A stretch of 64,000 bases of DNA from Nitrospinales bacterium (lineage in GTDB: Bacteria; Nitrospinota; Nitrospinia; Nitrospinales; VA-1): assembly GCA_965223795.1 (NCBI GenBank), contig CBDCXL010000002.1, forward strand, positions 2,784,001 to 2,848,000, in the 5' to 3' direction. The notes under the pieces are model-generated. The model worked only from the letters and a program-made list of their open reading frames with translations, had not been told where the DNA came from and did no database searches. The position numbers and the translations under genes were made by a program. Below are positions 18,572 to 30,371 of this stretch, one piece after another. Each line of letters starts with the position of its first letter. Within the stretch, counting starts at the first letter, position 1.

Positions 18572-20500
18572 TTAAAGCAGGGTCTTGTCGATCTTGATGG
18601 TGGACTTTTCACGCAGGTTGCGAAACCAGTCCAGAAACACGATGTTGCCTTTTTCCCGTTTCAGCCGTTCGGTGATGGTTTTGATCTGCTCTTCAGTGGG
18701 TTCCCCGGCTTCTTCACGGTCCGCCAGCTTGATGAGGTAGTGCTTTCTCAATGCCGACACCGCGGCGGTCTGGCCCTTGTCCATCAGGAAGGCCTTGTCC
18801 TTGATTTTGGCGATGTCGCCGATCCCCGGAATGGAATCCTCCATGCTGAAATAGGGCGTGCGCTGCACATACAGCTCGTTGTCCTTGGCGATTGTTTCCA
18901 GATCCGGTTCTTTTTCCAGCTTTTCCGCCAGTTCCTTGAATTTTTTGGCGGTGTGCTTCCTGTCCATGTCTTCGGCAAGTTTTTTCTCGATTTTTTCCCG
19001 CACCGCGTCCATTTCCGGAATGTACGCCGGTTTCCGCTCCACCACCTTCACCAGGTAGGACCCGTTGGGCGTCAGGATGGGGTCGCTCACTTTGTTGTCC
19101 GGCAGGATGAACGCGGCGTTGAAAAACTCCGGCACGGTGCCGATGTCGGGGAGGTTCCGATTCTGGCGGGAGAAGAAGCCGGAGGTCTTCACTTCCACCT
19201 TCTGCGCGGCGGCGGCCGCAGCCAGGTCCTTGCCTTCCTCAATGGATTTGTGAATCCGCTTCACTATCCGCCGGGAGCGCTGCCTCGCCTTGGTGGCCTT
19301 GATGGCCTGAACGACGGTGTCCTTGACTTCCGAGAGCGGCTTGGTGCGTTCCTCAATCTTTTCGTCCAGGCGGATCAGATGGTACCCGAAGGGCGTTTTT
19401 ACCGGTTCACTGATGGCGCCGATTTCCAGTTTTTCCAGCTCCGCTTCGAACTCCGGCGCCATGGTTCCCACCGGAAATTCGCCCAGACTGCCGCCTTTGT
19501 CTCCGGAAGCGGGGTCGTCGGAGATTTTTTCCGCCAGCGTCTCGAATTTTTCACCTTCCCGGATCTTTTTCAGCGCCGCTTCGGCTTCCTTTTTCGCCGT
19601 TTCTTCGGAATCTTTTTGTTTTTCCTCAACCGTTGCGTCCTCCAGTTTGGAGGGTTCGAGCTGGAACAGGATGTGGCTGGCGCGGTATTTCTTTTGCACT
19701 CGATATTTGCCGAGGTTTGATTCATAATAGTCTTGGATGTCCTCATCCCGTGGCTCGATGCCTGCTTCCAGATCCTTGGGCGTCACTTTCACATACTCGA
19801 CCTTGATTTGGTCGGGGACTTCAAATTGGATCTTGTTCTTTTCATAATAATCCTTTAAATTTTCTTCAGAGGCCTTTTCAGTGCTTTTGAAGTGGTCCTC
19901 GGCAAAAGCGATGTATTCCAGTTTCACCGTTTCCTCTTCCCGCTTGAACGCCTCCATCACTTCACTTTTGGAAACCAGCGTGCTGTTTTTGATGATATTT
20001 TCCAGTTTCTCCAGGGTGAGGGATTCGCGGATGCTGCTTTCGAAATCGAGGGGAGACAGGCGCTGCGACTGCAGGTAGTTGTTGTAGTAGGTTTCGTTGA
20101 ACTGGTTGTCTTTCTGGAACAGGGCGGATTGTTTGATGTTGGCGATCACCTCCGCGTCGCTCACGCGGATGTCCTGGTTGTCCGCTTCTCTGAGCAGCAG
20201 CTTCTGCTGGATCAGGCTGTCGAGCGCCTGGGTCTTGAGGTCCAGCCGCTGGATCATGTCTTCCGAGAACTGGCTGCGGAACTGCTGCCGGTAGAAATTG
20301 ACCAGGTTGTTGAAGCTGCGATCGTATTCGCTGAAACTGATTTTTTGTCCATCGACGGTCGCGACCACGCCGCTGCGGGTGCCCGTGGCGCCGCCCATGC
20401 CCCATGAATAGAAAATAGTGCCCACAAAGGCCAGAATTATCACCCACAGAATCGTCTTGATCAACCAGGAACTTTGGTGCTGCCTTATCAAATTCAGCAT
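18572..20500 (-). CDS. SurA N-terminal / PpiD-like peptidyl-prolyl isomerase
   Basis: N-terminal TM, SurA_N region, rotamase RASHIL..SDDPASGDKGGSLG..TPFGYHLI. Confidence 0.88.
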   Translation of the reverse strand: MLNLIRQHQSSWLIKTILWVIILAFVGTIFYSWGMGGATGTRSGVVATVDGQKISFSEYDRSFNNLVNFYRQQFRSQFSEDMIQRLDLKTQALDSLIQQKLLLREADNQDIRVSDAEVIANIKQSALFQKDNQFNETYYNNYLQSQRLSPLDFESSIRESLTLEKLENIIKNSTLVSKSEVMEAFKREEETVKLEYIAFAEDHFKSTEKASEENLKDYYEKNKIQFEVPDQIKVEYVKVTPKDLEAGIEPRDEDIQDYYESNLGKYRVQKKYRASHILFQLEPSKLEDATVEEKQKDSEETAKKEAEAALKKIREGEKFETLAEKISDDPASGDKGGSLGEFPVGTMAPEFEAELEKLEIGAISEPVKTPFGYHLIRLDEKIEERTKPLSEVKDTVVQAIKATKARQRSRRIVKRIHKSIEEGKDLAAAAAAQKVEVKTSGFFSRQNRNLPDIGTVPEFFNAAFILPDNKVSDPILTPNGSYLVKVVERKPAYIPEMDAVREKIEKKLAEDMDRKHTAKKFKELAEKLEKEPDLETIAKDNELYVQRTPYFSMEDSIPGIGDIAKIKDKAFLMDKGQTAAVSALRKHYLIKLADREEAGEPTEEQIKTITERLKREKGNIVFLDWFRNLREKSTIKIDKTLL

Positions 20501-20778
20501 TCATCGGTCTCCATGCAGTATGCGGCGGTGTTTGTCAGCACCTACTATAAAAAACGCCGGGAGAATTGGCAACCGTTTATGGCGGAGCGGGCAAACGGGT
20601 TTTCTGCAAAGCTTTTCAAGGATTCTTCCGATAATGTAAGGAGTCTGTATGCAGGGGGCGCGAACGCTCGCGTTTCCTCCGGGGCCGCACTCGCATTTGC
20701 CTTGCAAATCGAAACCCTCCTTGCTATAAAACGAACGCCATGAAATACAAGGGGTTACCGCAACAGCACCGGCCCTGA

Positions 20779-21831
<1,053 letters not shown>

Positions 21832-21833
21832 TT

Positions 21834-22826
21834 GTGGCCAGACAGGGAATCAAAGGCAAGCGGCTGGTCGTTCTCCTGTCTCTCATTGTGCTTTTGTCCT
21901 TTGCACTGATGACCATCAACAGCAAACGGGAAGAAGGCCCCTTTTTCCTGGAATCGCTGGTGGTGTGGGTTTTTTCCCCGTTTCAGGCGCTGTTCACACA
22001 CACGGTGAACTCGATTTCCGGCGTGTTCGACCATTACGTTTTTGTGGCCGACAGCTCGCAGGAAAACGAACGGCTGAAAGCGCATATCGACCGGCTGGAA
22101 CGGCGCAACAACGCGCTGATCGAAAAAATGAAGCAGCACGAGCGGGTCGCCCGGCTGATCGGCTCCGGGGGCAGCCCGGCGCTCGACGCCATTCCGGCTC
22201 CCGCTCCGGCAGGTCCGGCGGCGGAAGCTGCCGGAGATCCGGCCCGGGAGAGCGGCCTGGCCGATGAGCCGCTGGCCAGCCCGGCTGCCGCGGAAAACGG
22301 CTTCGCTGAACAACCACTCGCCCCTCCGCCCCCGGCGGAGGCGGCCGCTGCGGAACCGGATGCGTTCGTGGTGGCGACGGTGATCGGCCGCGACGCCACG
22401 CAATGGTCGAAGGTGGTGATCCTCAATAAGGGCACGCGTGACGGGGTGCGGCCGAATCTTGCGGTCGTCACCGACGCGGGGGTCATCGGGCATGTGATCC
22501 AGGCGTCCGGCGGGACATCGAAGGTGTTGCTGGTCACCGACGGCCGCAGCGCGGTGGATTCCCTGTTCCAGGAGTCGCGGGTCAGCGGCGTGGTGGTGGG
22601 GACCGGCGAGGATCACGGCGAGATGAAATACGTTCCCAAGGAAGCGGAGGTGCACGTCGGCGATAAAGTGCTGTCGTCCGGTCTCGGCGGCACCTTTCCC
22701 AAGGGGCTGCGCATCGGCGTCGTCACCCATGTGACCAAAAAGAAGCAGGGCCTGTTCCAGGACATCCTCATCGCGCCGAGCGCCGACCTGACGCGGCTGG
22801 AGGAGGTTCTCGTCCTGCTTTCCTGA
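21834..22826 (+). CDS. mreC: Rod shape-determining protein MreC
   Basis: TM + coiled coil, ATVIGRD, NKGTRDGV, SSGLGGTFPKGLRIG. Confidence 0.93.
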   Translation: MARQGIKGKRLVVLLSLIVLLSFALMTINSKREEGPFFLESLVVWVFSPFQALFTHTVNSISGVFDHYVFVADSSQENERLKAHIDRLERRNNALIEKMKQHERVARLIGSGGSPALDAIPAPAPAGPAAEAAGDPARESGLADEPLASPAAAENGFAEQPLAPPPPAEAAAAEPDAFVVATVIGRDATQWSKVVILNKGTRDGVRPNLAVVTDAGVIGHVIQASGGTSKVLLVTDGRSAVDSLFQESRVSGVVVGTGEDHGEMKYVPKEAEVHVGDKVLSSGLGGTFPKGLRIGVVTHVTKKKQGLFQDILIAPSADLTRLEEVLVLLS

Positions 22827-22834
22827 GAGCGGTC

Positions 22835-23350
22835 ATGTTCTTTCTGACGCAATCCATTCTGATCCTGTTCCTGTTCTGTACCCAGACGACCCTGCTCGCG
22901 CCGTTCGCCGTGGCCGGGATCACACCGGATCTGGCCCTGATTTTCGTGGTGTACTGCGGGTTTCATTTCCAGGGCAACGGCGGCGTGGCGATGGGATTCG
23001 CCGTGGGGCTGTTGCAGGACTGCCTGTCGGGCGGGATTCTGGGGGTGAACACGCTTTCCAAGAGCCTGATCGGCACGTTCTTTTCCACCCTCAAAGACAA
23101 GATCCTGGTGGAGGGATTCGTTCCGATTTTTTTCTTCCTCATTGTGGCTTCTTTGGTGGATGGCTTTATTTTTTATCTGCTTCTGGTTACCTTATTGAAA
23201 GGGAGCCTGCCGGGCCGGTTTCTGTTCGCCGAGCTTCCGGTGTACGCCTTGTACAACGCCTGCGTGGGTCCACTTTGTTTCTACTTTTTCGACATCGTGC
23301 GCAAATGGACCGTGCGCCGGTTTCCCAACGCCTTTGTGCGGACGACCTGA
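22835..23350 (+). CDS. mreD: Rod shape-determining protein MreD
   Basis: PDLALIFVVY, GFAVGLLQD, hydrophobic, position in operon. Confidence 0.9.
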   Translation: MFFLTQSILILFLFCTQTTLLAPFAVAGITPDLALIFVVYCGFHFQGNGGVAMGFAVGLLQDCLSGGILGVNTLSKSLIGTFFSTLKDKILVEGFVPIFFFLIVASLVDGFIFYLLLVTLLKGSLPGRFLFAELPVYALYNACVGPLCFYFFDIVRKWTVRRFPNAFVRTT

Positions 23351-23414
23351 ACACAACTGATGCAGCGCCGTACGGACGCAGCCTGATCCGTACCGGCGGG
23401 ATGCCCTTCGACTC

Positions 23415-25330
23415 ATGAGTGTCTTTCGCTACAGTCCCGACGTTTCCGAAGGGGTGCGCAAGAAGATCAAGTTCTTCGCCATCCTGGTCGCCATCTCGTT
23501 TCTCATCCTGTGGATGCGGGTGTGGTACCTGCAGATCCTCAAGGGGCAGTACTTCCGCGAGCTGTCGGAAAACAACCGCATCCGCCACGTCTCCCTGTCG
23601 GCGTTCCGCGGCACCATCAAGGACCGCAACCACGAGACCCTGGTCAGCATCCGGCCTTCGTTCAACCTGTACGTCACGCCGGAGGACGCCAAAAACCTGC
23701 CGCTCACCCTCGATTACATCTCCGACCGCATCGAGTTCGACGAGGACCGGCTGTACGAGCGGATCGAGGAAACCCAGTCCTTCAAGCAGGTGATCATCAA
23801 GTCGGACATCAGCCGCCAGGAAGTCGCGTTCATCGAGGAAAACAAGATGCGGCTGCCGGGGATCAGCATCCGGGTGGAGCCCACCCGCAGTTACGTGTAC
23901 AAGGATCTGGCCGCGCACCTGCTCGGCTACCTGGGAGAGATTTCCAAGTCCAAGCTGGAGCGGATGGACGACCCGCACTACCAGCAGGGCGACCTGATCG
24001 GCCAGGACGGGCTGGAGAACATCTTCGAGACCATGCTGCGCGGCAAGAAAGGCTACAGCGAGGTGGAAGTGGACGTTTCCGGCCGTGTGCTGCGCACGGT
24101 GCGCAAGCTGCCGCCCAAAAGCGGCAACGATCTGATCCTGACACTGGACCTGCGCGTGCAGAAGGCGCTGGAGAAACTGATGACCGGCACCGAGGAGAAG
24201 CCGATGAACGGCTCGGTGATGATGATGCGGGTGCAGACCGGCGAGATCATCGCCGCGGTGAGCAAGCCTTCCTTCGACGCGAACCTGTTCGCGGCGGGCA
24301 TTTCCCAGGAGGACTGGAAAAAGCTGATCCAGGACGAGCTGCACCCGCTGCAGAACCGCACCATCAACGGCCAGTACCCGCCGGGCTCGACGTATAAAAT
24401 CGTCACGGCGCTGGCGGGCCTGGAAGAGGGCGTGGTGACGCCCGACACGCACATCTACTGCCCCGGCCATTTCAAGCTCGGGCGCGGGCGCTACCGCTGC
24501 TGGAAGCGGGGCGGGCACGGCAGCGTGAACCTGCACGACGCGCTGGTGAAATCCTGCGACGTGTATTTTACACTGTCGGCAACCGGCTGGGGATCGACAC
24601 GCTCTTCAAGTACGCGCAGAAGATGGGGCTGGGGGATTTTTCCGGCATCCAGCTGATCGGGGAGAAACGCGGGCTCATCCCCAGCTCGCAGTGGAAGCTG
24701 AAAGCCAGAAAGCAGGCCTGGCTTTTGGGGGAAACCATCTCCGCGTCGATCGGCCAGGGCTACAACCTGGTGACGCCGATCCAGCAGCTCAACATGGTGG
24801 CCACCGTGGCCAACGGCGGCGCGCTTTTGAGGCCCTATCTGGTCAAGGAAATCCAGGACCCCAACGGGCGGGTGCTGAAAAAGTTTTTCCCGCAGGTGCT
24901 CAAGACCGTCGATGTGAACGAGCAGCACCTCAACCTGGTGAAGGAAGCGCTGCGGGGCGTGGTCAACGAACAGGGCGGCACCGGCGGCCGGGCGCGGATC
25001 AAGGACATCCAGGTGTCCGGGAAAACCGGCACCGCGCAGGTGGTGCACATGAAAGTGACCGAGGAGATCGAAGACGAGGACCAGATTCCCTACCAGTTCC
25101 GCGACCACGCCTGGTTCGTGGCCTTCGCGCCGTATGAGAAACCCGACATCGCCGTGGTGGTGCTGGTCGAACACGGCGGCCACGGCGGCGCGGCGGCGGC
25201 GCCCGTCGCCAAGAAGATCATGCAGACCTATTTCGAGTTCTACCCGCCGCCCGCCGATACGGTGGAGAAAGCCAGCCTGCCGGAGAAGACCCAGCCCCAG
25301 AGGACTACCGAACACGCTCCCGTGGAGTGA
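23415..25330 (+). CDS. mrdA: Penicillin-binding protein 2, frameshift at 24566-24569
   Basis: PGSTYK, SCDVYF, KTGTAQ, DHAWF; adding one T to tatttta gives DVYFYTVGNRLGID and fuses the two ORFs. Confidence 0.93.
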
Positions 25331-25789
25331 TTTAAAGCGTTTTCAACTTCAACTGCCTTTCTTAAATCCACAGCTTCAGGTCAGGACTCGCCCCTTTTCT
25401 TTTCGCCAGTGAAACGCTTCGCAGTTTCATCACTCGCGTGGAGACTTTGCTTTACCCAACATCCCATCGATCTAAGTGATTCATAGCCTTTGGAACCCTC
25501 GATTAACTCTCCTCGGGTTGGATTCACGCTAACAGCAGCTTCCAAGGAAAACCAGCCCTAGCAGAATATTGTGATTTCCCATAAACCTGCATGTCAACCT
25601 TTGCATGGATATATGTATTTTTTTTGTCTATTTAATTGATTTTATTGATGTGTTATTAAGTGATTGATTTTAATGCCATTTTATTTTGTTTTATGAATTG
25701 GAAAGAAATTTTTACTAGTATTTCTATCTCTAAGTTGTTTAAATTTAATATTTTGTGTTTTAATTTCTTTTATTTCTATTTATTGTAAA

Positions 25790-26514
25790 ATAATATTTTT
25801 TGAGTTGGTTCTGGGTGGGTAAGGCATGCAGGATAGGAGGCCCTTATGACAATTAAAGATAGTTCGCAATACAAACAGCTAAAGGATGCTTTGGAGGCTT
25901 TGAGTGAATTGAGTATTCCCGTAAACCTTCAGAAGGCCGCGTTGGAACACCTTCTCTGGCAAAACCCAGGAGGTGTAAGTGTTCCTTCAATCCCTCCAAT
26001 GACTGGGGCTAGTGCAGGTCTTTTGCTTGCTGTTCCGACTTCAAGCTTGAGAGACTTTATTGCTGAAATGAAGCCGAAAGGGGCAGTTTCTAGCTTCCAA
26101 TTTTAAAAATATTGGTTTTGTTTGCAAGAAAATGTATGATCTCTATTTATTAAGTGAATTTTTTAATTGAATATTTGGTGTAAAATATTTTTCTTGCTTT
26201 CTATTTAATTTGTATATAATATTTTTTGAGTTGGTTCTGGGTGGGTAAGGCAAACAGGATAGGAGGCCCTTATGACAATTAAAGATAGTTCGCAATACAA
26301 ACAGCTAAAGGATGCTTTGGAGGCTCTGAGTGAATTGAGTGTTCCCGAAAACCTTCAGAAGACCGCGTTGGAACACCTTCTCCGGCAGAACCCAGGAGGT
26401 GTAAGTGTTCCTTCAAACCCTCCAATGACAGGGGGTAGTGCAGGTCTTTTGCCTGCTGTTCCGACTTCAAGCTTGAGAGACTTTATTGCTGAAATGAAGC
26501 CGAAAGGGGCAGTT
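25790..26514 (+). repeat. Diverged direct duplication (25790-26088 and 26216-26514)
   Basis: About 299-bp copies offset by 426 bp with about 12 mismatches, covering the RBS and 5' half of the 26272 gene. Confidence 0.92.
25846..26106 (+). pseudogene. Truncated copy of the 26272 gene
   Basis: First 81 codons match 26272..26514, then diverges to a stop. Confidence 0.8.
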
Positions 26515-26763
26515 GCTGAAATCCCATGTTTGCTATATTGGAGTAAAACTCAAGAAAATGTGGAATCGCTAGATGAGAGAGGAGTTGTTGATCTATATCG
26601 TCGTGCAGGATTGAAACCGCCGAAAAATGTTGCGCAATCATTTAGAGATCTCTGCTCAAAAAGGTATGGCCGTCTTGAATCCGTGGAAGGAAAAAACGGT
26701 CATGTAAGACTATCTAGAGTTGGAGAGGATTTCGTTTTACACGACGTAAGAGGATCTGCATAA
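26272..26763 (+). CDS. Hypothetical protein with probable C-terminal winged-helix
   Basis: AGGAGG RBS, AT-rich; ends GHVRLSRVGEDFV. Confidence 0.75.
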   Translation: MTIKDSSQYKQLKDALEALSELSVPENLQKTALEHLLRQNPGGVSVPSNPPMTGGSAGLLPAVPTSSLRDFIAEMKPKGAVAEIPCLLYWSKTQENVESLDERGVVDLYRRAGLKPPKNVAQSFRDLCSKRYGRLESVEGKNGHVRLSRVGEDFVLHDVRGSA

Positions 26764-26779
26764 AAAAAGGAAAAAAATA

Positions 26780-27334
26780 ATGACCGAAGATCAAAAAGCA
26801 AATATCTTGGTAAAAATTGTAGATTTACTTTCCCCTTTAAATTCAGAGGAAAGGCAGAGGGTTGTTAAAGCGGCGTTAACCCTATTGGGTGATGAGTCGG
26901 TGAAACTAGCAGAAGAAAAATATAAGGAAAATAATTATCAAGGAAATTTTGATTTTTCTCCCCGCGCAAACAGCTGGATAAAACAAAATGGAATAACTAT
27001 TGAAGAGTTAGAGCAAGTATTTCACTTTGATCAAGGCGGAGTGGAATTCATTGCATCAGAAATATCTGGTAAAAACGGTAAGGAAAAAACACAAAACGCA
27101 TATATTATATGCGGTGTTCAAAAACTTTTATCTGAAGGTGGCCTTACTTTTGAGGATAAAGAAGCAAGAGGGTTATGTGAAAATCTTGGCTGCTATAATC
27201 AACCGAATCACTCAGTTTATTTAAAATCTATTGGAAATGCGATTACTGGATCAAAAAGTAAAGGCTGGACATTGACAGTCCCGGGACAAAAGAGAGCTGC
27301 TTTGCTCATTAAAGAAATGGGTGGAAATAAATGA
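26780..27334 (+). CDS. Hypothetical protein with probable C-terminal winged-helix
   Basis: AT-rich 184 aa; N-terminal helical hairpin LSPLNSEERQRVV; ends GWTLTVPGQKRA; ATGA-type overlap with next gene. Confidence 0.78.
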   Translation: MTEDQKANILVKIVDLLSPLNSEERQRVVKAALTLLGDESVKLAEEKYKENNYQGNFDFSPRANSWIKQNGITIEELEQVFHFDQGGVEFIASEISGKNGKEKTQNAYIICGVQKLLSEGGLTFEDKEARGLCENLGCYNQPNHSVYLKSIGNAITGSKSKGWTLTVPGQKRAALLIKEMGGNK

Positions 27335-28123
27335 CAAGCTCTCAGCAAATCCTTAGTGGGATTCCTCAAGGTTTGCGCAAACCTTTATTGCAAACCTATC
27401 AGGAAATTGCATCGAACTTTATCGAACATAGATGGGAGCCTTCAGAGTTAAATGGTGGTAAATTTTGCGAAGTTGTATACACAATACTCGACGGTAGTTT
27501 AAAGTTTAAAAGGAGCGTTCCCCAGTAAACCTACAAAACCAAGAAATATGGTAACAGCTTGCAGAAGTCTTGAGAATTATCCGGCTAACACTTCACGGGT
27601 GGGAGATACAAGTATTCGAATACTTATTCCAAAAATGCTTTTACCACTATATGAAATTAGAAATAATCGTGGTGTCGGACATGTTGGGGGAGATATAAAC
27701 CCTAATTTCCTTGATGCAACAGCTGTATATAGTATGGCTAGCTGGGTATTGGCTGAATTAATTCGCATATTTCATGATATTACGACGGCTGATGCTCAAG
27801 AAATCGTTGATACGATAATTGAACGTAAATTACCACTGGTATGGGAAGTAGGAGATGTCCGCCGAGTCCTTGATACATCTATGAATGCAAAAGATCAAAC
27901 ATTGGTCTTGCTATTTGGAAAGATTTCTTGGGTGGATGAAAAAGAATTGTGTTCTTCGGTGGAGTACAGCAACCTAGCTATGTTTAAAAGACGAGTATTA
28001 AATCCATTGCACGAAGACAGAAAAATTGAGTATGACGAGGTAAATAATCGTGCTCAGATTTCTCCCTTGGGCAGCAAGGATGTTGAAGAAAGAATATTGA
28101 AAAATAAAATAGCTCAGCTTTAG
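27331..28123 (+). pseudogene. HEPN (Abi-C-like) putative RNase with C-terminal winged-helix, disrupted by a 7-bp duplication
   Basis: LYEIRNNRGVGH Rx6H motif; removing one agtttaa (27496-27509) yields a 261-aa ORF. Confidence 0.75.
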
Positions 28124-28129
28124 TTATAT

Positions 28130-30121
28130 TCACTGGGTGAGCATCAGGTCTTTCTCTCTTAGGTGCTTGATGCGGTCGCGCAGCTGCGCGGCTTTTTCGA
28201 ATTCCAGGTCCTTGGCGGCGGCGTACATCTGTTTTTCCAGCTTCGCGATCCTTTCCTGTAAATTGCCACCCGCGTTGTATTCCTCTTCCTCCTCGGCAAC
28301 GACGGGCAGGGCGTCTTCCTGCTGACCCGGTCCGAGTGTGTCCTCGATGGCCTTGACGATGCCCGCGGGCTCGATGTTGTGCTCGCGGTTGTATTCCTGC
28401 TGGATCTGCCGCCGGCGCTCCATTTCCGCGATCGCCTGCTGCATCGACTGCGTCACGGTGTCGGCGTACAGGATGACTCTGCCGGACAGATTGCGGGCGG
28501 CGCGGCCGCAGGTCTGGATGAGCGAGGTGGTGGAGCGCAGAAAGCCTTCCTTGTCGGCGTCGAGGATGGCGACGAGCGACACTTCGGGGATGTCCAGCCC
28601 CTCGCGCAACAGGTTGATGCCGACGAGCACGTCGAACTCGCCCAGGCGCAGCTCGCGGATGATCTGGCTGCGTTCCAGCGTGACGATGTCGGAATGCAGG
28701 TACTTCACCTTCAGGCCCATTTCGGCATAATGCTCGGTCAGGTCCTCGGCGAACCGCTTGGTGAGCGTGGTCACCAGCGTGCGTTCGTTGCGCTCGGCGC
28801 GCTGGCGGATCTCGTTGTATAAATCGTCCACCTGTCCGGCGACCGGCCTGATGTCGATGTCCGGGTCGACGAGCCCGGTCGGGCGCACGATCAATTCCAC
28901 GACGTGGCCGCCGGACGCCTCGATCTCGTATTGCGCCGGGGTCGCCGAAACGTACACCACGTTTTTGACGAACTGCTCGAACTCGGGGAATTTGAGCGGC
29001 CGGTTGTCGAACGCCGAGGGCAGCCGGAAGCCGTAGCGCACCAGGGTTTCCTTGCGCGAGCGGTCGCCCTTGTACATGCCGCCGAGCTGCGGGATGGTGG
29101 CGTGGCTCTCGTCGATGATGAACAGCGCATCTTCCGGGAAATAGTCCAAAAGCGTCGGCGGCGGCTCGCCCGGCGGCCGCCCGAGCAGGTGGCGGGAATA
29201 GTTTTCCACGCCCTGGCAGTAGCCGATTTCCTTGATCATCTCCAGGTCGAACAGCGTGCGCTGCTCCAGCCTTTGCGCCTCCACCAGCTGGTTGTTGCTC
29301 TCGAACCAGGCGACGCGCTCCAGCAGCTCCTCGCGGATGTTGCGCATGGCGCGTTTTAAAGGTTCCTCGGGAGTGACGTAGTGGCTCGCGGGGTAGATGG
29401 CGATGCGGTCCAGCTCGCGGATGTGCTTGCGGGTCAGGGGGTCCACGGCGAGGATGCGCTCGATCTGGTCGCCGAAAAACTCGATGCGCACCGCCTCGTT
29501 GCGCTCGTAGACCGGCAGCACTTCCACCACGTCGCCGCGCACGCGGAAGGTGCCACGCTGAAAGTCGATGTCGTTGCGCTTGTACTGGATCTCGACCAGC
29601 TTTTCCAGCACCCGGTCGCGGTCGAAGGTCATGCCCTTTTCGATGAACAGCAGCATGCCGTGGTAGGCCTCCGGCGAGCCGAGGCCGTAGATGCAGGAGA
29701 CGCTGGCCACGATGACCACGTCGCGGCGCTCGAACAGGGAGTGGGTGGCGGCGTGGCGCATCTTGTCGATCTCGTCGTTGATCGAGGCGTCCTTCTCGAT
29801 ATAGGTGTCGGTGTTGGGCAGGTAGGCCTCGGGCTGGTAGTAATCGTAATAGCTGACGAAATAACCCACCGCGTTGTCGGGGAAAAAGGTCCTGAATTCA
29901 TTGTAAAGCTGGGCGGCCAGGGTCTTGTTGTGGGCGAGCACCAGCGTCGGTTTCTGCAGCTTCTGGATCACGTTCGCCATGGTGAAGGTTTTTCCGGAGC
30001 CGGTGACGCCGAGCAGGGTCTGCCGGGTGATTCCGGCCTGGAAATTGTCCACCAGCTGCTGGATCGCCTTGGGCTGGTCCCCGGAGGGAGTGAAATCGGC
30101 TTTCAGTTGAAACGGGGTCAT
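28130..30121 (-). CDS. uvrB: Excinuclease ABC subunit B
   Basis: [35 protein letters not shown]-terminal UVR domain. Confidence 0.99.
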   Translation of the reverse strand: MTPFQLKADFTPSGDQPKAIQQLVDNFQAGITRQTLLGVTGSGKTFTMANVIQKLQKPTLVLAHNKTLAAQLYNEFRTFFPDNAVGYFVSYYDYYQPEAYLPNTDTYIEKDASINDEIDKMRHAATHSLFERRDVVIVASVSCIYGLGSPEAYHGMLLFIEKGMTFDRDRVLEKLVEIQYKRNDIDFQRGTFRVRGDVVEVLPVYERNEAVRIEFFGDQIERILAVDPLTRKHIRELDRIAIYPASHYVTPEEPLKRAMRNIREELLERVAWFESNNQLVEAQRLEQRTLFDLEMIKEIGYCQGVENYSRHLLGRPPGEPPPTLLDYFPEDALFIIDESHATIPQLGGMYKGDRSRKETLVRYGFRLPSAFDNRPLKFPEFEQFVKNVVYVSATPAQYEIEASGGHVVELIVRPTGLVDPDIDIRPVAGQVDDLYNEIRQRAERNERTLVTTLTKRFAEDLTEHYAEMGLKVKYLHSDIVTLERSQIIRELRLGEFDVLVGINLLREGLDIPEVSLVAILDADKEGFLRSTTSLIQTCGRAARNLSGRVILYADTVTQSMQQAIAEMERRRQIQQEYNREHNIEPAGIVKAIEDTLGPGQQEDALPVVAEEEEEYNAGGNLQERIAKLEKQMYAAAKDLEFEKAAQLRDRIKHLREKDLMLTQ

Positions 30122-30371
30122 GGGAACGCCTGTTTAGAATCAAACAGAATTTAAAATAGCACAGATTTTATGTTAAATTAAATAGCTCGGTGAATCAGCA
30201 ATCCGGCTGTTTCCCGCCTTCCTTTTCCCTATCAGCCGACCGTTTCGTCCCTCATCCGAACGGACGGGAAGTGCCGTTTTGGGCCTGCGGGTTCCGGAAC
30301 GGGTTTTCGGCCGGGGGACTCCAGGAACGGGCATCCCTGGGATGCCGGAATCACGACAGGAACGCGCTTCT

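Noticed and set aside
25790..26514. Diversity-generating retroelement TR/VR pair
   Set aside because: Mismatches are not confined to adenines, the repeat covers the N-terminus and RBS, and no reverse transcriptase is present
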